Made by a program: the position numbers and the translations under genes. From positions 160,001-224,000 of the forward strand of contig JBDRLQ010000003.1 in the NCBI GenBank assembly GCA_043812915.1: 64,000 nucleotides of DNA. The letters are read 5' to 3'. Below are positions 20,608-29,932 of this stretch, in pieces. Numbering within the stretch: the stretch's first letter is position 1; every line of letters begins with the position of its first letter. This DNA comes from Candidatus Micrarchaeota archaeon. Its GTDB lineage: Archaea; Micrarchaeota; Micrarchaeia; Anstonellales; Bilamarchaeaceae. The notes under the pieces are model-generated. The model saw only the letters and a program-made list of their open reading frames with translations, had not been told where the DNA came from and made no database searches.

Positions 20608-21171
20608 TCAGCTTGTTTCCTCAAGCACGTTCCCTGTGAGCTTCGCGGTAGCCTTCCTTGCGGGCGCGTCTGGCACCTCATCATGGAAGTTGTACCACAC
20701 CACCAGGAATCCATTGAAGTTTGAATTCGGGGTGAGTTCTACCTGGTTCCCTTCAGCATCAATGCAGGGCAGCCTATTCGGACTTCCTATAAGGAGGCTT
20801 CCGCCTGACCCAATGGTTCCGTCTGCGTCTGCCGGCAAATTAGCGGAATCAATCGCATACTCGTCATCCAACCGTATGTCTCCTGCAGGCGCGGTCGTGC
20901 AAAGAACGTGCGAAACCGTTATCTGCTGGCCCTGGTAGTTGTTCAGCTGGAACGTCACATGGACGTTGTCCGAGGCATCAGCCACGATGACCGGCTTTCG
21001 GTCCTGGCAGCTGAACCCAGATTCCTGGAACAGGCAGCTCTCTGGAGCCCTTAGGAACTGTGGAAGGAATCCCACCAGTATCACGAGAACAATGACAATG
21101 ACGAGGATGGCCCAGCCATAGGTCATCAGGTATTCCATAGCGGCCTGCCCTTTCTTTTTCTTATCAAACAT
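20608..21171 (-). CDS. Archaeal type IV pilin (class III signal peptide)
   Basis: KKKG/QAAMEYLMTYGWAILVIVIVLVIL: G at -1, Q at +1, E at +5, hydrophobic helix; last gene of the pilus operon. Confidence 0.9.
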   Translation of the reverse strand: MFDKKKKGQAAMEYLMTYGWAILVIVIVLVILVGFLPQFLRAPESCLFQESGFSCQDRKPVIVADASDNVHVTFQLNNYQGQQITVSHVLCTTAPAGDIRLDDEYAIDSANLPADADGTIGSGGSLLIGSPNRLPCIDAEGNQVELTPNSNFNGFLVVWYNFHDEVPDAPARKATAKLTGNVLEETS

Positions 21172-21182
21172 AGCATTTCACC

Positions 21183-22253
21183 TTACATAAACATCGAGAA
21201 GAACGATGTGAGCACGTTATCTGTGAACCAGTAAATCAGGTACGAGGCCACCAGGAGGAACGGGAAGTATTTCAGCCCCTGGCTCTTGGTGCCGGTCCTA
21301 ATCACGCTGATGATGAATGAAGAAATCAGCGCCGTCACGAACATCGTCGGAAGCGCAAAATACAGGAAATCCGCCGAAGTGATTATCGGCCCTGAGAGCG
21401 TGAATGTGGATGCCGCCCCGAATGCCCCTCCGCCTACGTTCGAGCTGGATGGAAGATGCGGGGAGATATTCTCGAACACCTGGATTAGCTTGGTGGCTAC
21501 CGCGAACAGGAACGGGGTTCCGATTGCGGATGCGAAAAGCACGAAAATCTCGTACATGATGAGCGAGGCCGCAATCTCCTTCTTCATAATGATGGTGTTG
21601 CGCACGTCATCGGCGGTCCTTTCAAGCACTTCAGTGAGTTCGCCTCCGGTCGCGGTGGCCTGCTTCAGGAGCAGGATTGTCCTGTTGAACACCTTGGAAT
21701 CGAACCTCTTTGCCAGTTTGTCGAGGGAAATCTCCAGAGATTCACCGCTGAACGAGCCCTTGATGACATGCCTCACGTCTTCTGAGAGCAGCCCGAATTC
21801 AGGCTTCGCGGAATACCACATCGCCTGGTCAAGCGTCATCCCTGCCTTTATGTTGGAAGCGACAAGGGTTAGGAAATCTGGCAGGGACTCTTCCAGCACG
21901 TTCCTCCTGTTCTCCGCCTTCATGATAAGGTATGTGGACATCAGCACCATGGTAGCCAGATAGACGATTATAAGCATCACAATCAGGAGCAGCAGGGCGA
22001 TGATCACAACTGGCAGCTCGAAAGGCAGTGCGCCATTCATAAGAGAAACAAGGGTCTGCCTCACAGGCTCGAAAGCCATTAGGATAAGGGTGATGAAGAA
22101 TGCCACGACCAGGATGTTTATCGCGGCGTATCCTGCGAATGCCTCTGCGGGCAAATCAACGCCCGCAGTGCTCAGTTCCTTTTCCAGGCGCCTGACGCGG
22201 TTCCTGCTGAAGAAGAACCTTCCGGCATATTCAAAGAGCGATTCGTTGACCAT
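21183..22253 (-). CDS. Type IV pilus platform protein (T2SSF/TadC-like)
   Basis: EESLPDFLTLVASNIKAGMTLDQA, EFGLLS, ATGGELTEVLE. Confidence 0.9.
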   Translation of the reverse strand: MVNESLFEYAGRFFFSRNRVRRLEKELSTAGVDLPAEAFAGYAAINILVVAFFITLILMAFEPVRQTLVSLMNGALPFELPVVIIALLLLIVMLIIVYLATMVLMSTYLIMKAENRRNVLEESLPDFLTLVASNIKAGMTLDQAMWYSAKPEFGLLSEDVRHVIKGSFSGESLEISLDKLAKRFDSKVFNRTILLLKQATATGGELTEVLERTADDVRNTIIMKKEIAASLIMYEIFVLFASAIGTPFLFAVATKLIQVFENISPHLPSSSNVGGGAFGAASTFTLSGPIITSADFLYFALPTMFVTALISSFIISVIRTGTKSQGLKYFPFLLVASYLIYWFTDNVLTSFFSMFM

Positions 22254-22262
22254 TGTAATCAC

Positions 22263-23117
22263 CTATATGAGGTATCTGGGCCTGGAGCTTTCCATAACCC
22301 CAAGGAACAGGAACTGCACTATGGCAATCAGGAAGAACGTCGGAACGAGTATCACTGATGTGAGGCCCAGCTCCCCGCCGCTGATTGCGGAGAATACCAC
22401 CGTCGCGAGCACCACGCCCAATGAGGGCACGATGATGCCAAAGACCATGTAGAACATCACAATCGGGGTTAGCTTCTGGCTGTATTCCTTGAGCTGAATC
22501 ATCTGCTCCTTTGATATCTGGTTGAGAACCGACTCCAGTGCCTCGCCGACATCAGCGCCGCTCGCCAGGGAGTTGGCTATCTGCATCAGAATCCTCACAA
22601 AGTATGGAGAGGGATTCTCGTGGGCCACTTCCCGGATGGCCTGGGTGGTCGGGACACCGACAATCACCTTATCCACAATCTTCACGAACTCCTTGCTGAC
22701 CGCCCCGTAGCCGCTTGAGGCACCTACGAACGTGTCGAAGAGTGGCATGCCGGACTGCAGCGCAATCACGATGTGTCTGCATGCGAATACAATCTCATAA
22801 TTAAGCTCCTTCCTTCTCTTGATTATGGCTGCTTCAGGATAGAGCATGAAATAGCCGAAGACTGCCAGCGGGAAGACGAATGCGAGAAGGACAATCCATA
22901 AGAGGCTTATGCCATTGGTGAACATGAAAAGCGCTGAGACAAGCAGCAGCGAAAGGCTGATGAACACTGTTGATGTCACGGCCTTGAGCAGGAAGGTTAT
23001 AGGCTGCTCTTTGGAATCAGCCATCCGGAGCTTCTTTCTCAGATCCGGGAACCGTGGGGCAATCGTCTCGGCTATCGAGAGGAAAACTCCCCTTTTTCTT
23101 GAAGTCGTATCGGCCAT
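22263..23117 (-). CDS. Type IV pilus platform protein (T2SSF/TadB/TadC-like)
   Basis: LQSGMPLFD, YGAVSKEF, QIANSLASGADV, LKEYSQKL. Confidence 0.9.
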   Translation of the reverse strand: MADTTSRKRGVFLSIAETIAPRFPDLRKKLRMADSKEQPITFLLKAVTSTVFISLSLLLVSALFMFTNGISLLWIVLLAFVFPLAVFGYFMLYPEAAIIKRRKELNYEIVFACRHIVIALQSGMPLFDTFVGASSGYGAVSKEFVKIVDKVIVGVPTTQAIREVAHENPSPYFVRILMQIANSLASGADVGEALESVLNQISKEQMIQLKEYSQKLTPIVMFYMVFGIIVPSLGVVLATVVFSAISGGELGLTSVILVPTFFLIAIVQFLFLGVMESSRPRYLI

Positions 23118-23118
23118 T

Positions 23119-24759
23119 TTACCCCTCTGATTCGCTGAAATACTTCCTAATCATATCATCACTTAAACCCTTCTCCTTCGCCATGAGCGCCTTGGCTTTA
23201 AGGAGCGCTTCTGCCTTCCCGACATTCCTGCGCTCGTACTTCTTGTAGTAGTCCCTGTCCTTCGAGTGGAGGTAGAAGAGCAGCGTGCCCTCGTCCATCT
23301 CGTTTATCTCAAATATCCTGTCCTGGTCCTGCGTGGCTTTATCCTCCTTTTTGGGTTTCGTCTCAATCTCCTCTTCCTTTTTCTCATCTTTCTCGACGAA
23401 AACCTCGCGGCCCGCGGCCTCTATGACATTATCTATTTCCTTAGTGACTATGTTCCTGATTGAGGAAAGCTCTTCAGGATATGAGCTTTCAATCTCATTC
23501 ATCCTCTTCCCCGCCGTGGATGCGGTCTTGGTGTCCTTCGTGCCAAGGCTCTCCTGGAGCCTCTTCAGCTCGGCCATGTGCTTCTTCATCAGGAAGTCCT
23601 CATACTTCTCGACGATATTCGGAATCTGCTCTGACAATGAAGTGAGCGTGAACACGAGGGCCTCGTACCTCTCCTTCTTCTCCTTCTCATCGCTAAGCCC
23701 CTTCATGCTCTCATAGAATCTGGCCTTGGCGGTATTGAGCTGTTCCCTGAACGGCCCAGTAATCTTGTCCTTTGTGGAGGCTATCTCGGATTCCTGGCTC
23801 TTCACGAGCGAGTCAAGGACCTGCGCATTGGCCATGGTGTCCGTGACCTTCTTGCCCTTGGCGGCTGTGCCTTTTACCGCCTTCCCTCCGAGCATGTTCT
23901 TGAGTATCGCAATCTCTGCCTTGATCTCTTCCCTGCGGTTGACGCTCTTCTCCTTGAATAGCTGCTTTGTCAGCTCGAGCATCTTCTTCTTGAGCTCGGT
24001 CTCATTGACATTCTCGCCCAGGGCCCCCTTTACAGTGCCTTCAATCTCCTCGAACTTCCTGCTCGCAGCCTCATCCGGGTCTTCCTGGAGGATTGGGGGT
24101 ATGGCGATGACCATCTTCTTCTCGATCTTCTGTTCTGCCCTGGGCTCTGCCGCCTCCGGCTTCTTTGGCTCCTCCTCTTTTTCCGGAGTCTCCAATTCGA
24201 TTTCCGGGTGCTCCTTCCTCTCAAGGGTCTCGAATTCTATGGCCTCGGGCCCCTCTTCTTCGGCCGCCATCCCCTCTTTTGGTTTTTTGCCAGCCCTCTC
24301 CCTTTCTTCAGCAGGAATGGTTTCGAATTCGATTCCCTGCGATTTGGGTCTCTCAACTTCGGGCGGCCGGGCAGCCTCGGGCTTTCCTTCCGCGGCATTC
24401 TTCTGGTCCTTGCGCATCTCGACGCCGATTTTCTCAGCCATCTCAACGCTTTCAGTGCTCATCTCCTTGAGCCTGCTCTCCACCTCCTCGCTCTTTTCAG
24501 TTTCGTTGGCGGCTGGAATGGGCGTTTTCTCGGCTGCCATCGCCTCCGCGCCATAGATGTCGAGCTTCGCGGCGCTCCTGATCTTCTCCGTCCTCTCAAA
24601 AAGGTTGAGCAGGTCCCGGTAATTCATGTCAATATATTCCTGCGGCGACAAATCTACCGCCATCTCCACGCGCACGTCTCCTGTGTATGGCTTGTACTCA
24701 AGAGCCTTTTTCTCAAGCTTCTTGGCATCATCCTGAACATCGTGGAAATTGTCATCCAT
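23119..24759 (-). CDS. Uncharacterised charged protein (acidic disordered N-half, helical C-half) within the pilus operon
   Basis: 546-aa E/K-rich ORF between the ATPase and platform genes, with 16-nt and 1-nt gaps. Confidence 0.8.
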   Translation of the reverse strand: MDDNFHDVQDDAKKLEKKALEYKPYTGDVRVEMAVDLSPQEYIDMNYRDLLNLFERTEKIRSAAKLDIYGAEAMAAEKTPIPAANETEKSEEVESRLKEMSTESVEMAEKIGVEMRKDQKNAAEGKPEAARPPEVERPKSQGIEFETIPAEERERAGKKPKEGMAAEEEGPEAIEFETLERKEHPEIELETPEKEEEPKKPEAAEPRAEQKIEKKMVIAIPPILQEDPDEAASRKFEEIEGTVKGALGENVNETELKKKMLELTKQLFKEKSVNRREEIKAEIAILKNMLGGKAVKGTAAKGKKVTDTMANAQVLDSLVKSQESEIASTKDKITGPFREQLNTAKARFYESMKGLSDEKEKKERYEALVFTLTSLSEQIPNIVEKYEDFLMKKHMAELKRLQESLGTKDTKTASTAGKRMNEIESSYPEELSSIRNIVTKEIDNVIEAAGREVFVEKDEKKEEEIETKPKKEDKATQDQDRIFEINEMDEGTLLFYLHSKDRDYYKKYERRNVGKAEALLKAKALMAKEKGLSDDMIRKYFSESEG

Positions 24760-24775
24760 GCTCGCGCACCCTCAA

Positions 24776-26422
24776 TTATCTTTTGAACTGCCAGCGGGCG
24801 TTCTTCTTCACCGCATCAAGAACGAATGCCGGGTCCAGGTAATAATGGGCTACGATCTCACCCACTTCATCAACGTCCTCGTAGTCGTTCTTGACCATCC
24901 AGTTCAGCACGCTGATTTTCTCATCGACATCGTCTTCGATTTCCTTCTCGTCCATTCCCGCGTACAGCGAAAGCAGCTCCACAAGCCGCTCCATCTTCCC
25001 GACCCCCTTGACCCGGTCGTTCTTGACGTCCCAGCGGTAGAGCGTATTCTCAGTGCCCTTCTTGGTGACCTCTGCGAATTCAAGCACCCTCCTGATATTG
25101 AATCTCCTGTGCCTGAAGGTGACCACGATTCCGGCAAGCGCATCAAGCATCTCCTTGGGCACATTCACCGGCGGGTTCGTAAGCCTTGAGATTGTCTGCT
25201 CGGCATTGTCCGCGTGCAATGTCGCGTAAACAGAGTGGCCAGTGTGCATGGCCTCGAACATCACTTCAGCTTCCCTCTGCCTCCTGATTTCTCCGACCAG
25301 TATGCGGTCAGGCCTCTGACGCAGGGCGTTCACCATCAAGTCAAGCATTGTGACCTCGCCCTTCCCCTCAGGGTTCGGCTCCCTGACCACCATCGGCACC
25401 CATTGGAGGAACGAGGGCAGTGTCAGCTCCCGTGTATCCTCGATGCTGATAATCCTCTGGTTGGCCGGGATAAGCCCCGCCATCGCGTTCAGGAAAGACG
25501 TCTTACCTGAACCTGTGCCTCCGGAAACAAGCAGTGAGAGCTCGTTCTGGATGCAGAGCCATACTATTGCCGCAACTTCAGGGGAAATCGTCTTGGACTT
25601 CAGGAAATTGGTAATGGTCCAGGGGTTTCTGGAGAACTTCCTGATTGTTAGCGTGTTTCCGAAGTTTGAAATCGGGAACAGGGTCGCGTTCACACGGTCC
25701 CCGTTCGGAAGGTGGGCGTCCATCATCGGGTTGAGGACGTTTATCTGCCTTCCGATTTTCCTGGCAATCATGCTCGAATAATCATATACCATATTCTCGT
25801 TCTTGATGTGCAGGTTTGTCTTGCACCATCCGAATGTCTTGTGGTAAACCCAGACAGGTTCGTTCGCGTTGTTGACAGCGACTTCTTCCAGGTAGTCGTC
25901 CGAGAGGAGCGCTTCAATCTCGCCTAGGCCCAGGGTGTGCTGGATGAGGTAGACTGCAAGAATCTCTTTCTTGTCGGGTGGCAGTGACGGGAAGCTCCTC
26001 TGCAGTATGTTGTTCGCAGAAAGCAGGAACTTCGCCTTCACTTCCTCGTATTTCTTCGGATCGAGTATTTCGCTGATGTCCAGTTTGACATCTGTTACCA
26101 ACTCTCCCTTGAGCTTAGTCTCAAGGATGAGCTTGGTCCCCTCAGCGATGCCTGGGATGGTGACTTCGTATTTCGGGACGAAATCCCGGCCACGGATAAT
26201 CCTGATTTCTACCGGAAGGCCCTCGCTGTTGTATGAGTATGCTGCAAGGAGTGCGGACTTTGCCCTCGGGACTTCTGCGGGCGGGGGTGCTGCCGGGGCC
26301 TTTATGGGGGGCGGCGCTCCAGCGCCTTCAGCCTCGGATTCCTTCTTTTCCGAGACCCTCTTCATCTCCTCGGCCTTCAATTTCTCCTTTATCTTTTCTT
26401 TAATGTTATCTCCCTTCGGCAT
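24776..26422 (-). CDS. Type IV pilus assembly ATPase (VirB11/CpaF/ArlI family)
   Basis: GGTGSGKT, SIEDTREL, ALRQRPDRILVGE, MHTGHSVYATLHA; GGTGA SD before ATG 26422. Confidence 0.95.
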   Translation of the reverse strand: MPKGDNIKEKIKEKLKAEEMKRVSEKKESEAEGAGAPPPIKAPAAPPPAEVPRAKSALLAAYSYNSEGLPVEIRIIRGRDFVPKYEVTIPGIAEGTKLILETKLKGELVTDVKLDISEILDPKKYEEVKAKFLLSANNILQRSFPSLPPDKKEILAVYLIQHTLGLGEIEALLSDDYLEEVAVNNANEPVWVYHKTFGWCKTNLHIKNENMVYDYSSMIARKIGRQINVLNPMMDAHLPNGDRVNATLFPISNFGNTLTIRKFSRNPWTITNFLKSKTISPEVAAIVWLCIQNELSLLVSGGTGSGKTSFLNAMAGLIPANQRIISIEDTRELTLPSFLQWVPMVVREPNPEGKGEVTMLDLMVNALRQRPDRILVGEIRRQREAEVMFEAMHTGHSVYATLHADNAEQTISRLTNPPVNVPKEMLDALAGIVVTFRHRRFNIRRVLEFAEVTKKGTENTLYRWDVKNDRVKGVGKMERLVELLSLYAGMDEKEIEDDVDEKISVLNWMVKNDYEDVDEVGEIVAHYYLDPAFVLDAVKKNARWQFKR

Positions 26423-26518
26423 TTCAATCACCACGAGGAACCTCTTTCATAAGGCGGTTCCTACGGTTTCTCCACCTTGGGTGGATGCTCATCATGAATT
26501 GGTTCGTGAAGTTTATAA
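26423..26518 (-). promoter_or_regulatory. TATA box plus two-hairpin 5' leader (possible 23-codon uORF) of the pilus ATPase operon
   Basis: TTATAAA at 26518-26512; hairpins TCCACC-caa-GGTGGA and AGGAACC-N13-GGTTCCT immediately before the SD. Confidence 0.5.
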
Positions 26519-26527
26519 GAGCTCCAG

Positions 26528-28249
26528 TCATGATTCTTCCCACAGTTTTTTGATAAGTCTCTTTAGTTCTGTCCTCTTTCTCTTGAATTCCTTCTCCTCA
26601 TCCTTTGTGAGCTCAAGCCTGTCCTTCACTTCCTTTGGCGTTGGAGCTTCCCCGCTGCTGGGTTCTGTTGGCGGCGGCGCTCCACCGCCTCCGCGCAGCT
26701 CGAGCAGCCTCGCTTCCCTTGAGAGCAGCGTCACTCTCTTGTTGAGGTTCTCGGAAGCGCTCTTGAGCTCCTGGAGAGAAGCCCGGATGTTATCGAGAGC
26801 CTCCCTCTTGGCGCGCACTTCTTCGGCAAGCTTGCTTACCTCTCCAACTTCCTTGCCCTTAAGGGTGCTCTTGAACTTCGCCATCTCTTCCTTGGCTTCC
26901 TTCTTTGCCGCCAGGACATCCTCCTTCGCTTTCTTCATCTCATTATCAAGGCCTTCCAGCTCCTTCCGGTAGTTGTCGATTGAGGGTGCTATTCTCTCCT
27001 TGATTTTCTGGAATGTTAAGTATGTCGATTTTTCATCCTCTAGCGAAGCCGAGAGGCTGTCCGATTCCCTGCGCAGCGACTCCACCTTGTGGCCAATCCT
27101 CTTGCTCAGCTCCTCGAATTCCCTGATTGTCACCTGCCTTCCGCCCACGGCATCAAGGATTTTCTTGAGCGAGTTGTTCTGCTCCTCAACCCTCGCCTCT
27201 TCCTCCTTGATTTTCTCAACTTCATCCGCCAGTTTCTTGGCTGACGGGAAGCGCGTAAGTATCCCTCGTGCGACTTCCAGGGAATCGGCGAACCTTTCAA
27301 CGGTATCCGCGTTCTCCCGAACGTGCTTTACTATCTCACTGCTCCTTTTCTCCAGCACGTCCGCCTCTTTCAGCGTGGCTGCAACATCCTTCTGGAGTTT
27401 CGTCATCTGTTTTTCGTGGCCCTTGAGCGAGGAGGTAACCTCACTCAGGATTCCCTGGGTCTCCTGGATGTTGATTAATTCCTCCCTCAGGCGCGCATTC
27501 CTGCTCTTGATGTCCGTGAACTCCTTCCGCATGGCCTCGAATTTATTCTTGATTTCATGCATGTCCGGGAGCTTGACGTCCTGGGGCAGGCCCTTTTGCT
27601 GCTGGGCGGTCCTTTCCCTGAGCGCATCCCCTTCCTTCTCCAACTCGGCAAGCTCTTTTTTGAGCTGCTCTATCCTCTCAAGCGAGAGCGTGCTCTTTCC
27701 CGCCTTTATTCCCTTGCCCATGGTGTCCAGTTCCGACAATGCTTCGGAAAGCGACTGCTTCACTTCGTCAAGCCTGCCGGCAAGCTCGTCCAGCTTGTCT
27801 GACTTGGTGTCGAAAGAGCCTTCTGCCAGCGCCCTTTTTGCAAGTGCGGGCGAGGCCGCTTTCTCAAGCTTCTCCAGGCGCGGGTGAACTTTCTTGTAGA
27901 ATTCCTCGAATTGCGCTTCGAGTTCAGAAATGCTTTCTATCTCCGGAGAAATCCGGGTCTTTACTCCTTCCACTTCCTTCTGCAGGGTCTCCCTCTCGGA
28001 ATAGAACGATTCCCTCTCCTCCTCTATTTCTGATTCGGTCGGGGTGACCCACACAATGTAGATTTTTGTGAGCCGGTACTCCATGGAAAGGATTCCCTCC
28101 TCCTCGAGCACCCTTGCCCACTCCTCGATTGTTGAGATAGGTATATTCAGGAGCCGCGAGCATTCCTCAAGTTCGATTTTCCCCTTCCTTTTGACAAGAC
28201 GCACTAATGCATCTACGCCTGTAGTGATGAGGAGTTCATCGAATTCCAT
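26528..28249 (-). CDS. N-terminal winged-helix plus long coiled-coil protein
   Basis: ITTGVDALVRLVKRKGKIELEECSRLLNIPISTIEEWARVLEEEGILSMEY (wHTH pattern), then roughly 450 aa of heptad-like repeats; no Walker A. Confidence 0.85.
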   Translation of the reverse strand: MEFDELLITTGVDALVRLVKRKGKIELEECSRLLNIPISTIEEWARVLEEEGILSMEYRLTKIYIVWVTPTESEIEEERESFYSERETLQKEVEGVKTRISPEIESISELEAQFEEFYKKVHPRLEKLEKAASPALAKRALAEGSFDTKSDKLDELAGRLDEVKQSLSEALSELDTMGKGIKAGKSTLSLERIEQLKKELAELEKEGDALRERTAQQQKGLPQDVKLPDMHEIKNKFEAMRKEFTDIKSRNARLREELINIQETQGILSEVTSSLKGHEKQMTKLQKDVAATLKEADVLEKRSSEIVKHVRENADTVERFADSLEVARGILTRFPSAKKLADEVEKIKEEEARVEEQNNSLKKILDAVGGRQVTIREFEELSKRIGHKVESLRRESDSLSASLEDEKSTYLTFQKIKERIAPSIDNYRKELEGLDNEMKKAKEDVLAAKKEAKEEMAKFKSTLKGKEVGEVSKLAEEVRAKREALDNIRASLQELKSASENLNKRVTLLSREARLLELRGGGGAPPPTEPSSGEAPTPKEVKDRLELTKDEEKEFKRKRTELKRLIKKLWEES

Positions 28250-28405
28250 GAGCTAGATATCATTCAGCACATTAATAAAGATTATGACGGTCTCCGGGAA
28301 GTTATGGCGCCGTTGATGCTGTTTTTTTCATGATATGTGTGAGGGAACTGAGACAAGTTAATAAACATTTTGGAGATAGATAAGTAGAAACTCAGTGTGG
28401 TGCCG

Positions 28406-29932
28406 ATGAAGCAAGGTGCGGACTATAGGATTACTAAATTAGAGAAGGGCCCTCTCCAGAGATTCAAGAATCAGAATCTTATCCTGAAAAAATTCGGGGA
28501 GTCAGGCCTCCAGATTTACAAGGCCATTACCGGAAAAAGGACTTCAAATGAGCTGAAGGCAGACCTCGGAATTGATGATGATGTTTTTTACAGCGCGCTC
28601 AGCTTCATGGAGGAGCAGGGCATGCTGGAGCTCACGCCCGCTGATGCCCAGAGGCCTCCTGCGCCGGCCGATGAAGAGCTCGAAATAGAAGAAGGGGAAG
28701 CTCCGGAAGAGGCACCCGAAGAGGCCCAAGAAGATTCACATGCCGAGCTGGAGGAGCTCCCTCCGGATGATGAGGAAGCGCCCGATGAAGAGGCGGCTCC
28801 GCTTGAAGAGGAGATTGAGGCACCTCCTGAAAATGAGGATGAGGAAATCACCCACGAGAGCGCTGAGGATGAGATAAAGCCGATTACTTTTGACGATATG
28901 GACGAGGAACCTCCTGAGGACGAGAAGCCCAAGGGGGAGGATGAAGAGGAGCCCCAGCCCGAGGAGTACAAGCCTGAAGAGGAAGCTCCCGACGAGGAGG
29001 AAGCGCCCGAAGAAGAGCAGCCCGAGGGGGGGCAAGAGGGTGACATTGAGCTCGAGGGCCAGGGTGATGAGCTTCCATTGGAGGACGAAACCCTCAGTCC
29101 CGTGGAAAAAATAATCAAGGACAAGTATGGGGATACTGGTCTTAGGGTGTACGCGCTTATTGATGGGGCGAGGACTGCTGAGGAAATCATGAATGACACT
29201 GGCCTTACTGAGTCCAAGCTTGTCGAGATTCTTGACTTCATGGATGCGCAGGGGATAATCAAGCTTGACTACCCGAAAGGGAAGCCGCCTCCAAGAGGCG
29301 GAAAGAAAGAGAGGGCTAGTGAGCCTAGCGCTTTCGGCGGGCGGAGAGACACCGGCAGATATGCGCCACCGGTCCTGCCAAAGGAAAAATCGGGAGGGCC
29401 CGGCTTTGCACCCATGATTGAGGATGATGATGCGCTTGAAGTTGCCAGAGGAGTTTCATCTCCGGTGGAAAAGCCTGTCAAGGCCCCGGTCGATTTAATC
29501 AAATCAGTGCAGATGAAGACCAAAATCATGTTCAAGTTCGGGAAGAAGGGCAGCAAGGTGCTTGAATTAATCGATGGCAAGAACGATGTCATCGATATCG
29601 CGCTGAAGGCGGATATTCCGCTTTATACGGTCGTCGAAGTGCTCTCGTTCCTTCTTGAGAATGGATTCGTCCTTCTCAAGCCGCTGACAAGAAGTGACGT
29701 ACACAAGAAATACGGTGATGATGGCTACTCGGTGTACAAGGTCTACGGGAAAGAGGGCCTGATGCTATACGAGCTCATCGGAAAGGAGCTTACAATAAGG
29801 CAGATGGCGGACAAGATTACCAAGGAGCGCGCGATGATTGTGGACATGTTCATATTCATCCACCAGGTCCTTGGCATAGAGCTCCCGATAGACAAGGACG
29901 TCCTCATGAAGCAGCTGGAGCTTAAGGGCTAG
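28406..29932 (+). CDS. Protein with four winged-helix-like repeats and a long E/D/P-rich linker
   Basis: Four copies of K[FY]GxxGxx[IVL]xxxIxGxxTxxE[IL]; about 150-aa acidic tract between repeats 1 and 2. Confidence 0.85.
   Translation: MKQGADYRITKLEKGPLQRFKNQNLILKKFGESGLQIYKAITGKRTSNELKADLGIDDDVFYSALSFMEEQGMLELTPADAQRPPAPADEELEIEEGEAPEEAPEEAQEDSHAELEELPPDDEEAPDEEAAPLEEEIEAPPENEDEEITHESAEDEIKPITFDDMDEEPPEDEKPKGEDEEEPQPEEYKPEEEAPDEEEAPEEEQPEGGQEGDIELEGQGDELPLEDETLSPVEKIIKDKYGDTGLRVYALIDGARTAEEIMNDTGLTESKLVEILDFMDAQGIIKLDYPKGKPPPRGGKKERASEPSAFGGRRDTGRYAPPVLPKEKSGGPGFAPMIEDDDALEVARGVSSPVEKPVKAPVDLIKSVQMKTKIMFKFGKKGSKVLELIDGKNDVIDIALKADIPLYTVVEVLSFLLENGFVLLKPLTRSDVHKKYGDDGYSVYKVYGKEGLMLYELIGKELTIRQMADKITKERAMIVDMFIFIHQVLGIELPIDKDVLMKQLELKG

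Noticed and set aside
26460..26495. Hammerhead ribozyme or C/D-box sRNA suggested by ATGATGA...GAAAC on the minus strand
   Set aside because: The core is ATGATGA rather than CTGANGA, the stem does not abut the core, stems I and III are absent, and there is no CTGA D box
25971..27887. Long Ser/Phe-rich plus-strand ORFs (333 and 304 aa) and similar ORFs elsewhere
   Set aside because: Antisense shadows of Glu/Lys-rich genes on the other strand; no independent motifs
26528..28249. SMC/Rad50 assignment for the coiled-coil protein
   Set aside because: No Walker A/B, ABC signature, hinge domain or zinc hook
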